A stretch of DNA of 63,164 nucleotides, taken from Candidatus Peribacteraceae bacterium. Its GTDB lineage: Bacteria > Patescibacteriota > Gracilibacteria > Peribacterales > Peribacteraceae. The stretch lies in NCBI GenBank assembly GCA_018062585.1, contig JAGORY010000001.1, positions 1 to 63,164 of the forward strand, written 5' to 3'. The notes under the pieces are model-generated. The model saw only the letters and a list, made by a program, of their open reading frames with translations. It had not been told where the DNA came from and searched no databases. Shown here one piece after another: positions 52,779 through 63,164 of this stretch. The position numbers were made by a program, and so were the translations under genes. Numbering within the stretch: the first letter of the stretch is position 1; each line of letters starts with the position of its first letter.

Positions 52779-55700
52779 TCAACCGCATCCTGAAGTCGCT
52801 CCACAATCCATGCACAATTCACACGAACCGTTGCGCTTCATCTTGGTGCTGCCGCAGCCTCCGCAGATCGAGCCGGTGTAGCCTTGGAGCTTGGCCTGTT
52901 CGGCTGAAAGCGCGGCCGTATCCGTATCAGCAACAACTGCCTGTGGGGAATGAATGCTGCTCTGCAGACCCTCATCGACCACAGGAAGGCTCATGGCGAA
53001 GGCGTCTTTGCTCTTTGTGCCTTCACTGTAGGCACGGTCCACGAGGTCACTATTGTGGAAGTTCTTGGCTTTGTCCTTGGTGAGGAATTTGAGGGCGAGC
53101 CAGCGGCCGAGGTAGTCCATGAGGGACTTCACCATCGGGATCTCGCGGTTCGTCGTCATGCCCATCGGCTCGAAGCGGGTATGCACGAGCTTCTCGCAGA
53201 GAACTTCGAGCGGAACACCGTACTGCAAGTTCATGGAGAGCGAGAGCGCCAGGGTGTCCATGACGCCGGAGAGTGTGGAACCCTCTTTGCTCATCTTGAT
53301 AAAGATCTCACCCGGCTTGCCATCTTCGTACATACCGACATGGAGGTATGCCTCGTGACCGGCAACGGAGAGCTTGTGGGTAATGCTGAGACGCTCGTCG
53401 GGGAGCTTTCTGCGGCGCGGGACTTCCTTGATGACGATCTTCTCGACGACTTGCGCATCAGCTTTCTCCTCCTTCGCATCAGACTTATTGCTGAGGGCTT
53501 GGCTCATCTTCGAGCCATCACGGTAGAGCGCGTTGGCCTTCACGCCGAGCTTCCACGAGAGGTGGTATGCAGCCTTGAAGTCTCCCACCGTGGCCTCGTT
53601 CGGGAGGTTCACGGTCTTGCTGATAGCTCCGGAGAGGAACGGCTGAGCGGCTGCCATCATGCGGATGTGGCCTTCGGCCGTGATGAAACGGCGTCCGATC
53701 TTGCCACACTTATTCGCGCAGTCGAAGACGGGCAGATGTTCGGGCCTGAGGTGCGGAGCGCCTTCGATCGTCATGTTGCCGCAAATCGCGGTGTTAGCGG
53801 CATCGATCTGGGCATCGGTAAATGCGAGAGCCTTGAGGACATCGAAATTGAAGTCGTCCGTCTGTGCCTTCGTAAAACCCAGGCGCTCCATGGCTTCGTC
53901 ACCGAGCACCCACTTGTTGAACGCGAAACGGATATCGAAGACCTGCGGCAGGTTCGTCTCGACCTTGGCAATATCGGCATCGGTAAAGCCTTTCTGCTTG
54001 AGCGATGCGCGGTTGATATGCGGCGCGCCTTCGAGAGAGAGCGTTCCAATGACGTACTTCATCATGTCGGCCATCTGGTCATCCGTGTAACCGAGCGCCT
54101 TGAGGGCCGGACGAATCGACTGGTTCGCGATCTTCATGTATCCACCGCCAGCGAGCTTCTTGAACTTCACGAGTGCGAAGTCAGGCTCAATGCCGGTCGT
54201 GTCGCAGTCCATGAGAAGTCCGATCGTCCCCGTTGGAGCGATGACGGTGGTCTGAGCGTTGCGGTAGCCGTGCTTCTCACCAAGCTCGATGGCACGGTCC
54301 CACGCATCTTTGGCGGCCTGCAGGAGGTCAGCCGGGCAAATGTCTGGGTCGATGGGGACCGGCTTCACCGCAAGTTCCTCGTACTCGGAATCCGATGCGT
54401 GATACGCGGCGCGGCGATGATTTCGCATGACACGGAGCATCGACTCACGGTTCTTCTCGTACCCTGGGAATGTTCCGAGCGCTTCTGCCATTTCGGCCGA
54501 GGTGGCATACGAATCTCCGGTGAGAATGGCGGTGATGGCACCCGAATACGCGCGTCCGAGTTCGGAGTCGTACGGAATACCCATCTGCATGAGCATGGCA
54601 CCGAGATTGGCGTAGCCGAGGCCAAGCGTACGGAAGCGATAGCTGAGTTCGGCGATCTCTTTACTGGGGAACTGAGCCATGAGCACCGAGATCTCGAGGA
54701 CGATGGTCCAGAGCCGAACAGCATGGCGGAAGCTTTGGATATCGAAGCTCTTCATTCCCTTGTCATCCTCGGTCGTGAAGTGAAGGAGATTACAAGACGC
54801 GAGGTTGCAAGCAGTGTTGTCGAGGAACATGTACTCGCTGCACGGGTTAGACGCATTGATACGACCGTCGGACGGACAGGTGTGCCAGTCGTTGATCGTC
54901 GTGTCGTACTGCACACCGGGATCTGCGCAGCTCCATGCGGCGTAAGCGACTTGGTCCCAAAGTGCCCTCGCCTTCATCGTCTTCTTTGGCTTCGGGGCGC
55001 GGTTCTCGGCTGCTGCCTTCTTGAGCTCCGTCCTCCAGTAGAGGTTCCAGTCGCTGTCCGATTCGAGTGCCTCGAAAAACTCGTGCGGGATGCGGACGGA
55101 GTTATTGGAATTCTGACCCGACACTGTGCCGTAGGCCTCGCCGTTGAAGTCCGTGTCGTAACCGGCCTTGGCGAGTGCTGCTACTTTCTTCTCTTCGTTC
55201 ACTTTCCAGTTGATGAACTCTTCGATGTCCGGATGGTCCAAGTTAAGACAGACCATTTTGGCGGCGCGGCGTGTGGTGCCTCCGGACTTGATGGCTCCGG
55301 CAGCGCGGTCGCCGATCTTGAGGAAGCTCATGAGTCCCGAGCTCTTACCCCCCTGCGAAAGCGGCTCACCGTCACCGCGGAGGTTACTGAAGTTCGTGCC
55401 CGTTCCGGAACCGTACTTGAAAAGGCGCGCTTCACGGATCCAGAGATCCATGATGCCGCCCTCGTTCACCATGTCATCAGCGACACTCTGGATGAAGCAG
55501 GCGTGCGGCTGGGGGTGGGTGTAGGCGTCCTCACTCTTCTTCACTTCACCGGTCGTCGGATCGCAGTAGTAGTGACCCTGAGACGGACCCGTGATGTCGT
55601 AGGCGTAGTTGATGCCCGTATTGAACCACTGCGGCGAGTTCGGGGCCGCCATCTGATGAACCAGCATGTACGTGAGTTCGTCCTCGAAGGTCTGGGCGTC

Positions 55701-56168
55701 CTGCTTGGTTGCGAAGTACCCATAGTCCTCTCCCCACTGCCTCCAGCAACCGGCCAATCGACGAACAACTTGTTTCACAGACCTTTCAGGACCAGTAACA
55801 ATTGAGCCATCAACATTTTTCATAACGGTACCTTTTTCGTCATACTGAGGTACGCCTGCTTTACGAAAATACTTCGATACAACAATATCCGTAGCAACCT
55901 GACTCCAAGCAGCAGGAACTTCAGCGTCTTTCATCTCGAAGACGACCGAACCGTTGGTATTGACGATGCGGCTGGTGCGGAAGGCGTACTTTACTTGGTC
56001 TAAAGGATCGGAGCCGGGATTCGTGAACAACCGGGAAATCATCAAACCTTTTCCGGTTTTTTGAGTCACGTGCTGTATGGCCTTCTTTTTAGCATTTTTT
56101 AGAGCGTCATTTTCAGTCGACAAAGGAATATCCTGAGCACTTTTTGTCGTGGCAGCATGTGGATTCAT
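52779..56168 (-). CDS. nrdJ: adenosylcobalamin-dependent (class II) ribonucleotide reductase
   Basis: WSQVATDIVVSKYFRKAG, NPCSEYMFLDNTACNLAS and a C-terminal Cys cluster CGGCGS...CELCMDCG. The start is ambiguous: ATG at 56222, 56168 or 56042. Confidence 0.9.
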   Translation of the reverse strand: MNPHAATTKSAQDIPLSTENDALKNAKKKAIQHVTQKTGKGLMISRLFTNPGSDPLDQVKYAFRTSRIVNTNGSVVFEMKDAEVPAAWSQVATDIVVSKYFRKAGVPQYDEKGTVMKNVDGSIVTGPERSVKQVVRRLAGCWRQWGEDYGYFATKQDAQTFEDELTYMLVHQMAAPNSPQWFNTGINYAYDITGPSQGHYYCDPTTGEVKKSEDAYTHPQPHACFIQSVADDMVNEGGIMDLWIREARLFKYGSGTGTNFSNLRGDGEPLSQGGKSSGLMSFLKIGDRAAGAIKSGGTTRRAAKMVCLNLDHPDIEEFINWKVNEEKKVAALAKAGYDTDFNGEAYGTVSGQNSNNSVRIPHEFFEALESDSDWNLYWRTELKKAAAENRAPKPKKTMKARALWDQVAYAAWSCADPGVQYDTTINDWHTCPSDGRINASNPCSEYMFLDNTACNLASCNLLHFTTEDDKGMKSFDIQSFRHAVRLWTIVLEISVLMAQFPSKEIAELSYRFRTLGLGYANLGAMLMQMGIPYDSELGRAYSGAITAILTGDSYATSAEMAEALGTFPGYEKNRESMLRVMRNHRRAAYHASDSEYEELAVKPVPIDPDICPADLLQAAKDAWDRAIELGEKHGYRNAQTTVIAPTGTIGLLMDCDTTGIEPDFALVKFKKLAGGGYMKIANQSIRPALKALGYTDDQMADMMKYVIGTLSLEGAPHINRASLKQKGFTDADIAKVETNLPQVFDIRFAFNKWVLGDEAMERLGFTKAQTDDFNFDVLKALAFTDAQIDAANTAICGNMTIEGAPHLRPEHLPVFDCANKCGKIGRRFITAEGHIRMMAAAQPFLSGAISKTVNLPNEATVGDFKAAYHLSWKLGVKANALYRDGSKMSQALSNKSDAKEEKADAQVVEKIVIKEVPRRRKLPDERLSITHKLSVAGHEAYLHVGMYEDGKPGEIFIKMSKEGSTLSGVMDTLALSLSMNLQYGVPLEVLCEKLVHTRFEPMGMTTNREIPMVKSLMDYLGRWLALKFLTKDKAKNFHNSDLVDRAYSEGTKSKDAFAMSLPVVDEGLQSSIHSPQAVVADTDTAALSAEQAKLQGYTGSICGGCGSTKMKRNGSCELCMDCGATSGCG

Positions 56169-56181
56169 ACAAAAGGGGGGA

Positions 56182-56197
56182 ACACAAGATGTAGTGT
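56182..56197. promoter_or_regulatory. NrdR-box-like palindrome ACACAAGATGTAGTGT
   Basis: It matches 14 of 16 positions of the remembered NrdR consensus acaCwAtATaTwGtgt. Only a single box is found, 14 nt upstream of ATG 56168. Confidence 0.2.
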
Positions 56198-56444
56198 GGT
56201 TTCTGGTAACCAGCCACAACATCTCCGAATTTTACTCGTCCGCGGCAATTGTTCAAATTCTCATAGGCTCGAAATTCACCAGAGGACCAGATGCCGTTTT
56301 TTGTCTCAGAGAAGACCAAAAAGCAGACTCTGGTTTTTGCACACAATAGTGCGGCAACACCATGACCAAAATGCGCTAGATCAATTTCTTTTTCGAGTCA
56401 CCCAGTCGGCTGAAATTCTGACCAAAATCTCGGTCCGTGATACA

Positions 56445-57179
56445 ATGTCCGAGATGGAAATAATAGACGAAACAAAGGCACCGAAAGTGACCGTCGTCGT
56501 CGCCGGAACAAATAGCCCGAGCAATGCCGAACTTCTCGCGGACACATTCATCGAAGGACTGAAGGAGAGTGGCATCAAGGTATCGAAAGTGATTCTCCGA
56601 GACCTCCACATCAAGCATTTCACGCTAGATCGCTACCAGCCGCACTGCAGCGACAAAGACGATGATTTCTGCAGACTGGAGCCACTCCTTGCTGATGCCG
56701 ACGGCGTCGTGTTTGCGACTCCGATCTGGAATTTCTCGGTACCCGCTCACTTGAAAAATCTGATCGACCGGATGGGTGCATTCGCCCTCGATACGGCCGG
56801 ACGATCAAGGGGGCAACTGAAAGCAAAACCGTTCTTCATGATCTACACCGGCGGCGCACCGATGATCGCGTGGAAGGCGCTCCTCTACCTCACGACACTC
56901 CACGTCACCGAAGCGATCAAGTACTACGACGGCACGGTCGTCGGTCGCCACTTCGAACCGAAGTGTGTTCCAGGCCGAGGCAAATTTGGACTCGTCGTCG
57001 ATCAGCGTCCGGCAACACTCGCTGCCATGAAAAAGAAGGGTCTGAAATTCGGCGCGGTCGCGTTACATTACAAAGAGAACGGCACACTGCCGGTGCGCGT
57101 ACGCCTCGCGCATCAGTTCTTCAGCTTCCTGTACCGCGTCGGAAACCGGATCATGTACCCGATAAGTACACTTCAATAA
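56445..57179 (+). CDS. NADPH-dependent FMN reductase / flavodoxin-like fold protein
   Basis: VTVVVAGTNSPSNAELL...DGVVFATPIWNFSVPAHLKNLIDR. The upstream 96 codons of ORF 56157.. are discarded. Confidence 0.75.
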   Translation: MSEMEIIDETKAPKVTVVVAGTNSPSNAELLADTFIEGLKESGIKVSKVILRDLHIKHFTLDRYQPHCSDKDDDFCRLEPLLADADGVVFATPIWNFSVPAHLKNLIDRMGAFALDTAGRSRGQLKAKPFFMIYTGGAPMIAWKALLYLTTLHVTEAIKYYDGTVVGRHFEPKCVPGRGKFGLVVDQRPATLAAMKKKGLKFGAVALHYKENGTLPVRVRLAHQFFSFLYRVGNRIMYPISTLQ

Positions 57180-58210
57180 GTGGGCTTGAGAGGCGTTCGT
57201 TTCTCCGATCCTTTCGCCGGAACGCCGACGAGGACGGCTTCTTCATCGATGCACTTTTCTTCGCGGAACGCTTTCCACATCTGCTGACCGCCCTCGAAGA
57301 GAATACTCGTAAGGCCGTGGAAATCACCATCAGGAGTCGTTAGAGCTTTCCAAAGCGCCGGAAAATCAATGCCGCTCTGCGTATGTTTCACTTCCATGAT
57401 TCTGACGCCGCGTTTCTGAAGCTGCGGAATGATCCGGCGAACGTTGTCCGGTAGTCCGGGTTTGATGACGACTATCGTGCGCGAGGCGTATTCGTCACTC
57501 ACGAGATTCGCTTCCTCGGGCAGTCGGAGCCGTGAGTCGATGACGATCCGTAGTGGTTGCACCGCAGTCGGTACATGGCGGATAGTAAGGCGTGGGTTAT
57601 CCATGAGCACGGTACCGATACCGACGAGAACGGCGTCATGCGTACCGCGAAGAAATTCGTGCGTCCATCTGTCCTGTTCATGACTCGTGATTTTCAGGAA
57701 TGATCCGTCGGGACCTGCGAACAAACCCTCCGGTGTCCTCGCCCGCTGCATCGTCACCCATGGTCTGCCTTTCGTCATGAGTGACACAAATCCCCGATTC
57801 AGGCGCAGGCAGTCGGCCAGCATGACTGGGCACATCTCGATGTTCACACCGTGAGTACGTAATAGCTCGATCCCCTTTCTTGAGACTTCGGGATTCGGGT
57901 CCTGCATGCCGATCACCACATTTTTTACGCCTCGTTCGATGAGCATCTGTGCGCATGGTGGTGTCTTTTTATTTACATGACAGCACGGTTCCAGATTAAC
58001 GTAGATCGTGTCAGTTGATCTAATTTTTTGTACATATTTTTCCAGTAAATGACGCTCGGCGTGCGCTTTACCGAATTCAGAATGAAATCCTTCGGCGATG
58101 ATTTTTTCGTCACGAACAAGTACTGCTCCGACCATTGGATTCGTACCGGTTTTTCCCCTCCCCTTTTCGGCGAGCTCGAGACAACGGCGTATGAAGATAT
58201 CGTGATTCAT
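57173..58210 (-). CDS. ribD: bifunctional riboflavin biosynthesis protein RibD (deaminase/reductase)
   Basis: NPMVGAVLV, HAERHLL and LEPCCH, plus a reductase-half C-terminus. Confidence 0.9.
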   Translation of the reverse strand: MNHDIFIRRCLELAEKGRGKTGTNPMVGAVLVRDEKIIAEGFHSEFGKAHAERHLLEKYVQKIRSTDTIYVNLEPCCHVNKKTPPCAQMLIERGVKNVVIGMQDPNPEVSRKGIELLRTHGVNIEMCPVMLADCLRLNRGFVSLMTKGRPWVTMQRARTPEGLFAGPDGSFLKITSHEQDRWTHEFLRGTHDAVLVGIGTVLMDNPRLTIRHVPTAVQPLRIVIDSRLRLPEEANLVSDEYASRTIVVIKPGLPDNVRRIIPQLQKRGVRIMEVKHTQSGIDFPALWKALTTPDGDFHGLTSILFEGGQQMWKAFREEKCIDEEAVLVGVPAKGSEKRTPLKPTY

Positions 58211-58270
58211 CCGGATGATCTTCACAGAAAAAAGCCCTCCCGTCATCCTGACGAGAGGGCAAAGTTCTTT

Positions 58271-59569
58271 CTACGGCAGCCAGCCGACGAGTCCCACGAC
58301 TGCAATTGCTTTACCTCCAGAGCGGCGCACCTCAGCCAGCATCGAACCGATGTTGAGACGCGGCACGCAGATTTGGACTGCCACCCACTCATTGTTCCGA
58401 AGTTGAGAAACCGTCGGTGAGACGGCAGCGGGCAGAACGAGGCCTTCAAGATCCTGTTGAAGGATATCGAAAGTGATGAGCACATGGCTCTCCGCCCCTA
58501 CCGCAGCCTCGAGAGCGGCACTCAACTGGGTGAGCAGTAATTCTCTGGCAGGGGACAACGAACTGACGGCAACGATCTCTGGGTAGGAAAGGAGAAGATT
58601 GTCCGCTCCTTCCACGATCCGAAGCCCGTTGAGTGTCAGACTCTCTCCACTTTCGGTGACGACGAGAACCGCGTCACAGAGACCGTCCTTGATCGCCGTT
58701 TCTTCCGAGCCCTCGATGCGGACGATGTCCAATGCGGGAAAGCCCGAAATCGACGAGAGAAGCATCGCAGCAAGACCGGGCAGTTCGCATCCGACTCGAA
58801 TGCGTTTCATCGTACGGACGTCTTCCAGTGCCGCGAGTACCCACCGAGTGGGCTTGTCGCTGGCGCGTGAGAACGGCAACTCGGCAATGGTCCGAAGCCC
58901 CTGGATGCCGCTCGCCATCACCAGATCCTTTCCCGTGATCCCGACATCGAAGTATTCACCGAGAAGAGAAGGAATCATGCGACGATCGCGTTCGAAGAAA
59001 TCGATATTCCCAACAGTCCCGCAGTATCCCTTTCTATCGCGATCCTTCATGCGATAACCAACCGTCCCGAGATACGTTTTCATCTTGGCACTCAGAGACC
59101 CAGTGGGAACCAAGACCCGCAAACGTTCCGATCCTTGGGTCTGTGCCTTGGGAATCGAAACGAGGACGGGGGCTTCCGAAAGTGTTACCACGGGCAGAGA
59201 CTCATTCTCACCCGCTTTCGGCGCATCCATGAGCTGACGGGCTTCGATACAGCTTCGGTAGAAACAGCTCTTGGCCCCAGTATGGCAGGCGCCGCTTCCG
59301 GTCTGACGAACGAGGTAGATGACCGCATCCCCGTCACAATCGACAAGGACATCGACCACCTCCTGAACGTTCCCGCTCTCCTCGCCCTTAATCCACAGCT
59401 TCTTGCGACTCGTGGACCAGTACGTCGCCTTCAGTGTGCGGAGCGTTACGAGAAAAGCTTCCTCGTTGGCGTACGCCACCATAAGAACCTGACGACTCTC
59501 GGAGTCCTGTGTCACCACCGTGACGAGCCCACCGCGCTTTCCGAAGTCCGGCATGTAACAGAGTTTCAT
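58271..59569 (-). CDS. fusion protein: phosphoribosyl-AMP cyclohydrolase (HisI) N-terminal, long-form ATP phosphoribosyltransferase (HisG) C-terminal
   Basis: HisI part: [21 protein letters not shown]...[18 protein letters not shown]...[11 protein letters not shown]...[13 protein letters not shown]. HisG part: [10 protein letters not shown]...DVGITGKDL...[32 protein letters not shown] plus a HisG_C-like tail. The ORF-track start at 59632 is TTG. Confidence 0.8.
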   Translation of the reverse strand: MKLCYMPDFGKRGGLVTVVTQDSESRQVLMVAYANEEAFLVTLRTLKATYWSTSRKKLWIKGEESGNVQEVVDVLVDCDGDAVIYLVRQTGSGACHTGAKSCFYRSCIEARQLMDAPKAGENESLPVVTLSEAPVLVSIPKAQTQGSERLRVLVPTGSLSAKMKTYLGTVGYRMKDRDRKGYCGTVGNIDFFERDRRMIPSLLGEYFDVGITGKDLVMASGIQGLRTIAELPFSRASDKPTRWVLAALEDVRTMKRIRVGCELPGLAAMLLSSISGFPALDIVRIEGSEETAIKDGLCDAVLVVTESGESLTLNGLRIVEGADNLLLSYPEIVAVSSLSPARELLLTQLSAALEAAVGAESHVLITFDILQQDLEGLVLPAAVSPTVSQLRNNEWVAVQICVPRLNIGSMLAEVRRSGGKAIAVVGLVGWLP

Positions 59570-59699
59570 TGCATCACCTTTGCAGTCTGTGGCAGTCAAT
59601 CGATTGATTGGCTTGCCGATGTGAAAGAACAATTTTACGTCTGACGAATATTAAACAACCCCCTCACATGAGGAGGAAGCGATGCCGGTCTGCAGTTCC

Positions 59700-60113
59700 C
59701 TACCCCTGGTTCTTCGCCTTCTCCAGATACTTCTGCAATACCGATACCGGTTTCTCCCCACGCGGGGAACTCTCGGCATGCTGATGCACGCCGGAAACCA
59801 TCCGATGATGCCGGGGAGCATTGAGTACTTTGCGGTAACCGCCCTGTCCGTTCTCGAGGAATTTACCAACGCGCGTCACAGTCGTGGTACTCGCACCGGT
59901 GTTCTTGGCGATCTCGCGGTACGTAATCCCCTGCGCTAATTGCTTCGCGACTTCAAATCGTTCACTCCATGCCTGCAGCTCCGAGAGCGTTCCGATATCA
60001 CGCAAAAAATTCGCCATCTCTTCCTCAGTCTTGATCTGCGTCATTGCCGTGCACAGAGCCCTGAACCAAGGCTCTTTATTCCAGCTGTCGTCGGTGAAGC
60101 GTCGTTTTCCCAT
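59700..60113 (-). CDS. TrpR-like YerC/YecD family protein
   Basis: EEMANFLRDIGTLSELQAWSERFEVAKQLAQGITYREIAKNTGASTTTVTRV. The start is taken at ATG 60113. Confidence 0.7.
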   Translation of the reverse strand: MGKRRFTDDSWNKEPWFRALCTAMTQIKTEEEMANFLRDIGTLSELQAWSERFEVAKQLAQGITYREIAKNTGASTTTVTRVGKFLENGQGGYRKVLNAPRHHRMVSGVHQHAESSPRGEKPVSVLQKYLEKAKNQG

Positions 60114-60356
60114 GGTTTCAGGTGATAGGTTAGAGGTGATAGGTGATAGACAATTGATGATGAAAGCGTGCCTGCTTGCCGGCCTTGAGTCCAAAGGTGT
60201 GCTTGCACGACGTAGCTCGGCCCTCGGTGCAAAAAAATTCACTCTTACTCCGAAGGATCGTTAGCATAGACGCTGAGCGAAGTCGTGTCAACTCGATAAT
60301 ACAAGATATGCAAGAAAAAAGCCCCACTCGGGGCTCCCTTCTTTCTTGAGGGCAAT

Positions 60357-62453
<2,097 letters not shown>

Positions 62454-62583
62454 ACAGATAGGAGAAAAAAGTGGAAGCGTGATCGAACGGAGAGCTTCAC
62501 GATCAATCTAGCCGAGGCAGTATAGGGAAAATACAGACCGTACAAAAGGGCATCCTATATTGCACAACACTGGCAAAAGGCAT

Positions 62584-62607
62584 AAAAAAACCGCCCGTAG
62601 AGCGGTT
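62584..62607 (-). terminator. intrinsic terminator/attenuator between rpsG and fusA
   Basis: The minus strand reads aaaCCGCTCtacGGGCGGttttttt. Confidence 0.55.
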
Positions 62608-62619
62608 TCGATTGCAGTA

Positions 62620-63075
62620 TTACATCTTCGCAAAGTGCGCATAGGCCTTATTCGCCTGTGCCATCTTGTAGACGTCCTCTTTCTTCTTCACTGCGGAGCC
62701 CTGTTCGGCGAACGCATCAAGGAGTTCCAAGGCTAGTTTCTCAGCCATTGGGATACCCTTACGATCACGAGCGGCATTCAGGATCCAGCGGATCGAGAGT
62801 GACAACTGACGCTTGGGGGTCACTTCGATAGGCACCTGATACACGGCTCCGGCGATACGCTTGGGGCGAACCTCCACGAGCGGCGTCGTGTTGAGGAGAG
62901 CCTTCGCGAAAATGTCGAGTGGCGGATCCTTCGTGCGAGTTTTGATGATATCGAGAGCATCGCTCAGGATTTTTCGTGCGGTCGACTTCTTTCCCTGCTT
63001 CATGAGACAGTTGATGAACTTCTCCATGAGCGGATCAGAGCCTTTCGGAATGTACGGTTTCGGGAGGGTGGACAT
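62620..63075 (-). CDS. rpsG: 30S ribosomal protein S7
   Basis: 151 aa with a typical S7 sequence (KFINCLMKQGKKSTA...VEVRPKRIAGAVYQVP). Confidence 0.95.
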   Translation of the reverse strand: MSTLPKPYIPKGSDPLMEKFINCLMKQGKKSTARKILSDALDIIKTRTKDPPLDIFAKALLNTTPLVEVRPKRIAGAVYQVPIEVTPKRQLSLSIRWILNAARDRKGIPMAEKLALELLDAFAEQGSAVKKKEDVYKMAQANKAYAHFAKM

Positions 63076-63080
63076 GATGT

Positions 63081-63109
63081 GCGGGTAGCGATTAGCGGAT
63101 AGTAGGTAG
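63081..63109 (+). repeat. heptamer GTAG array, half element (gcgggtag cgattag cggatag taggtag)
   Basis: Four xxxxTAG units fill the rpsL-rpsG spacer. No right arm is present. Confidence 0.6.
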
Positions 63110-63111
63110 AT

Positions 63112-63164
63112 TTATTTCTTGGGCTTCTTGGCTCCGTAGAGCGATCGGCCTTGCTTACGGTCGC
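63112..63164 (-). CDS. rpsL: 30S ribosomal protein S12, 3' end only
   Basis: The minus strand translates as ...DRKQGRSLYGAKKPKK*. It continues beyond the window. Confidence 0.8.
   Translation of the reverse strand, partial: DRKQGRSLYGAKKPKK

Noticed and set aside
52950-55805. 951-aa ORF on the plus strand
   Set aside because: It lies entirely antisense to nrdJ, which has unmistakable class II RNR motifs. The translation is an R/G/V/H/E-rich sequence with no motif. This is the typical shadow ORF of a GC-rich gene.
56341-56352. Second NrdR box (ACACAATAGTGC)
   Set aside because: It is shorter than the 16-bp consensus and lies ~145 bp from the better site, not in the usual ~31-32-bp phasing.

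Overview
This 63.2-kb bacterial chromosomal window is compact, with about 55 credible protein genes, one tRNA, and no rRNA or CRISPR array. All calls rest on motif recognition in the supplied ORF translations and on reading the DNA by eye; no database search was run.

Housekeeping genes:
- mltG, ybaB, a MutY-like glycosylase, carB, rpsU, maf, glyQS, rpsB-tsf
- metE-metF, tRNA-Asn, proS, queA, ychF, class II RNR nrdJ, ribD
- a HisI-HisG fusion and the str operon end (rpsL'-rpsG-fusA)

Envelope and secreted proteins are unusually dense, and many carry SLH-like modules:
- an RlpA-like protein, a 3D/PG-binding hydrolase, an S41 protease, an SLH-sortase fusion and a 1559-aa S8 protease
- two paralogous membrane-anchored TraD/TrwB(VirD4)-like P-loop ATPases

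The gene mix, the absence of Shine-Dalgarno motifs and the leaderless-looking promoters resemble CPR/Patescibacteria-type genomes. This is inference only.

Most notable observations:
1. A family of heptamer-periodic (xxxxTAG / CTAxxxx) palindromic elements sits in tight intergenic spacers. One copy is inserted in frame inside carB, and exactly its in-frame TAG has been changed to GAG.
2. A REP-associated tyrosine transposase (RAYT) is bracketed by two identical 37-nt GTAG-hairpin REP copies, with a third inverted copy about 9 kb away.
3. Two copies of a ~150-nt element fold into a long nested GC-rich hairpin.
4. A 50-nt duplication of the tRNA-Asn 3' part brackets a ~1-kb AT-rich mini-island carrying a nucleotidyltransferase two-gene cassette.
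5. An operon joins two peptidoglycan-remodelling proteins to a coupling-protein-like ATPase. It lies divergent from an AT-rich 908-aa orphan with a degenerate zincin-like motif.
6. An unannotated ~290-bp region upstream of rpsB contains mutually exclusive GC hairpins.
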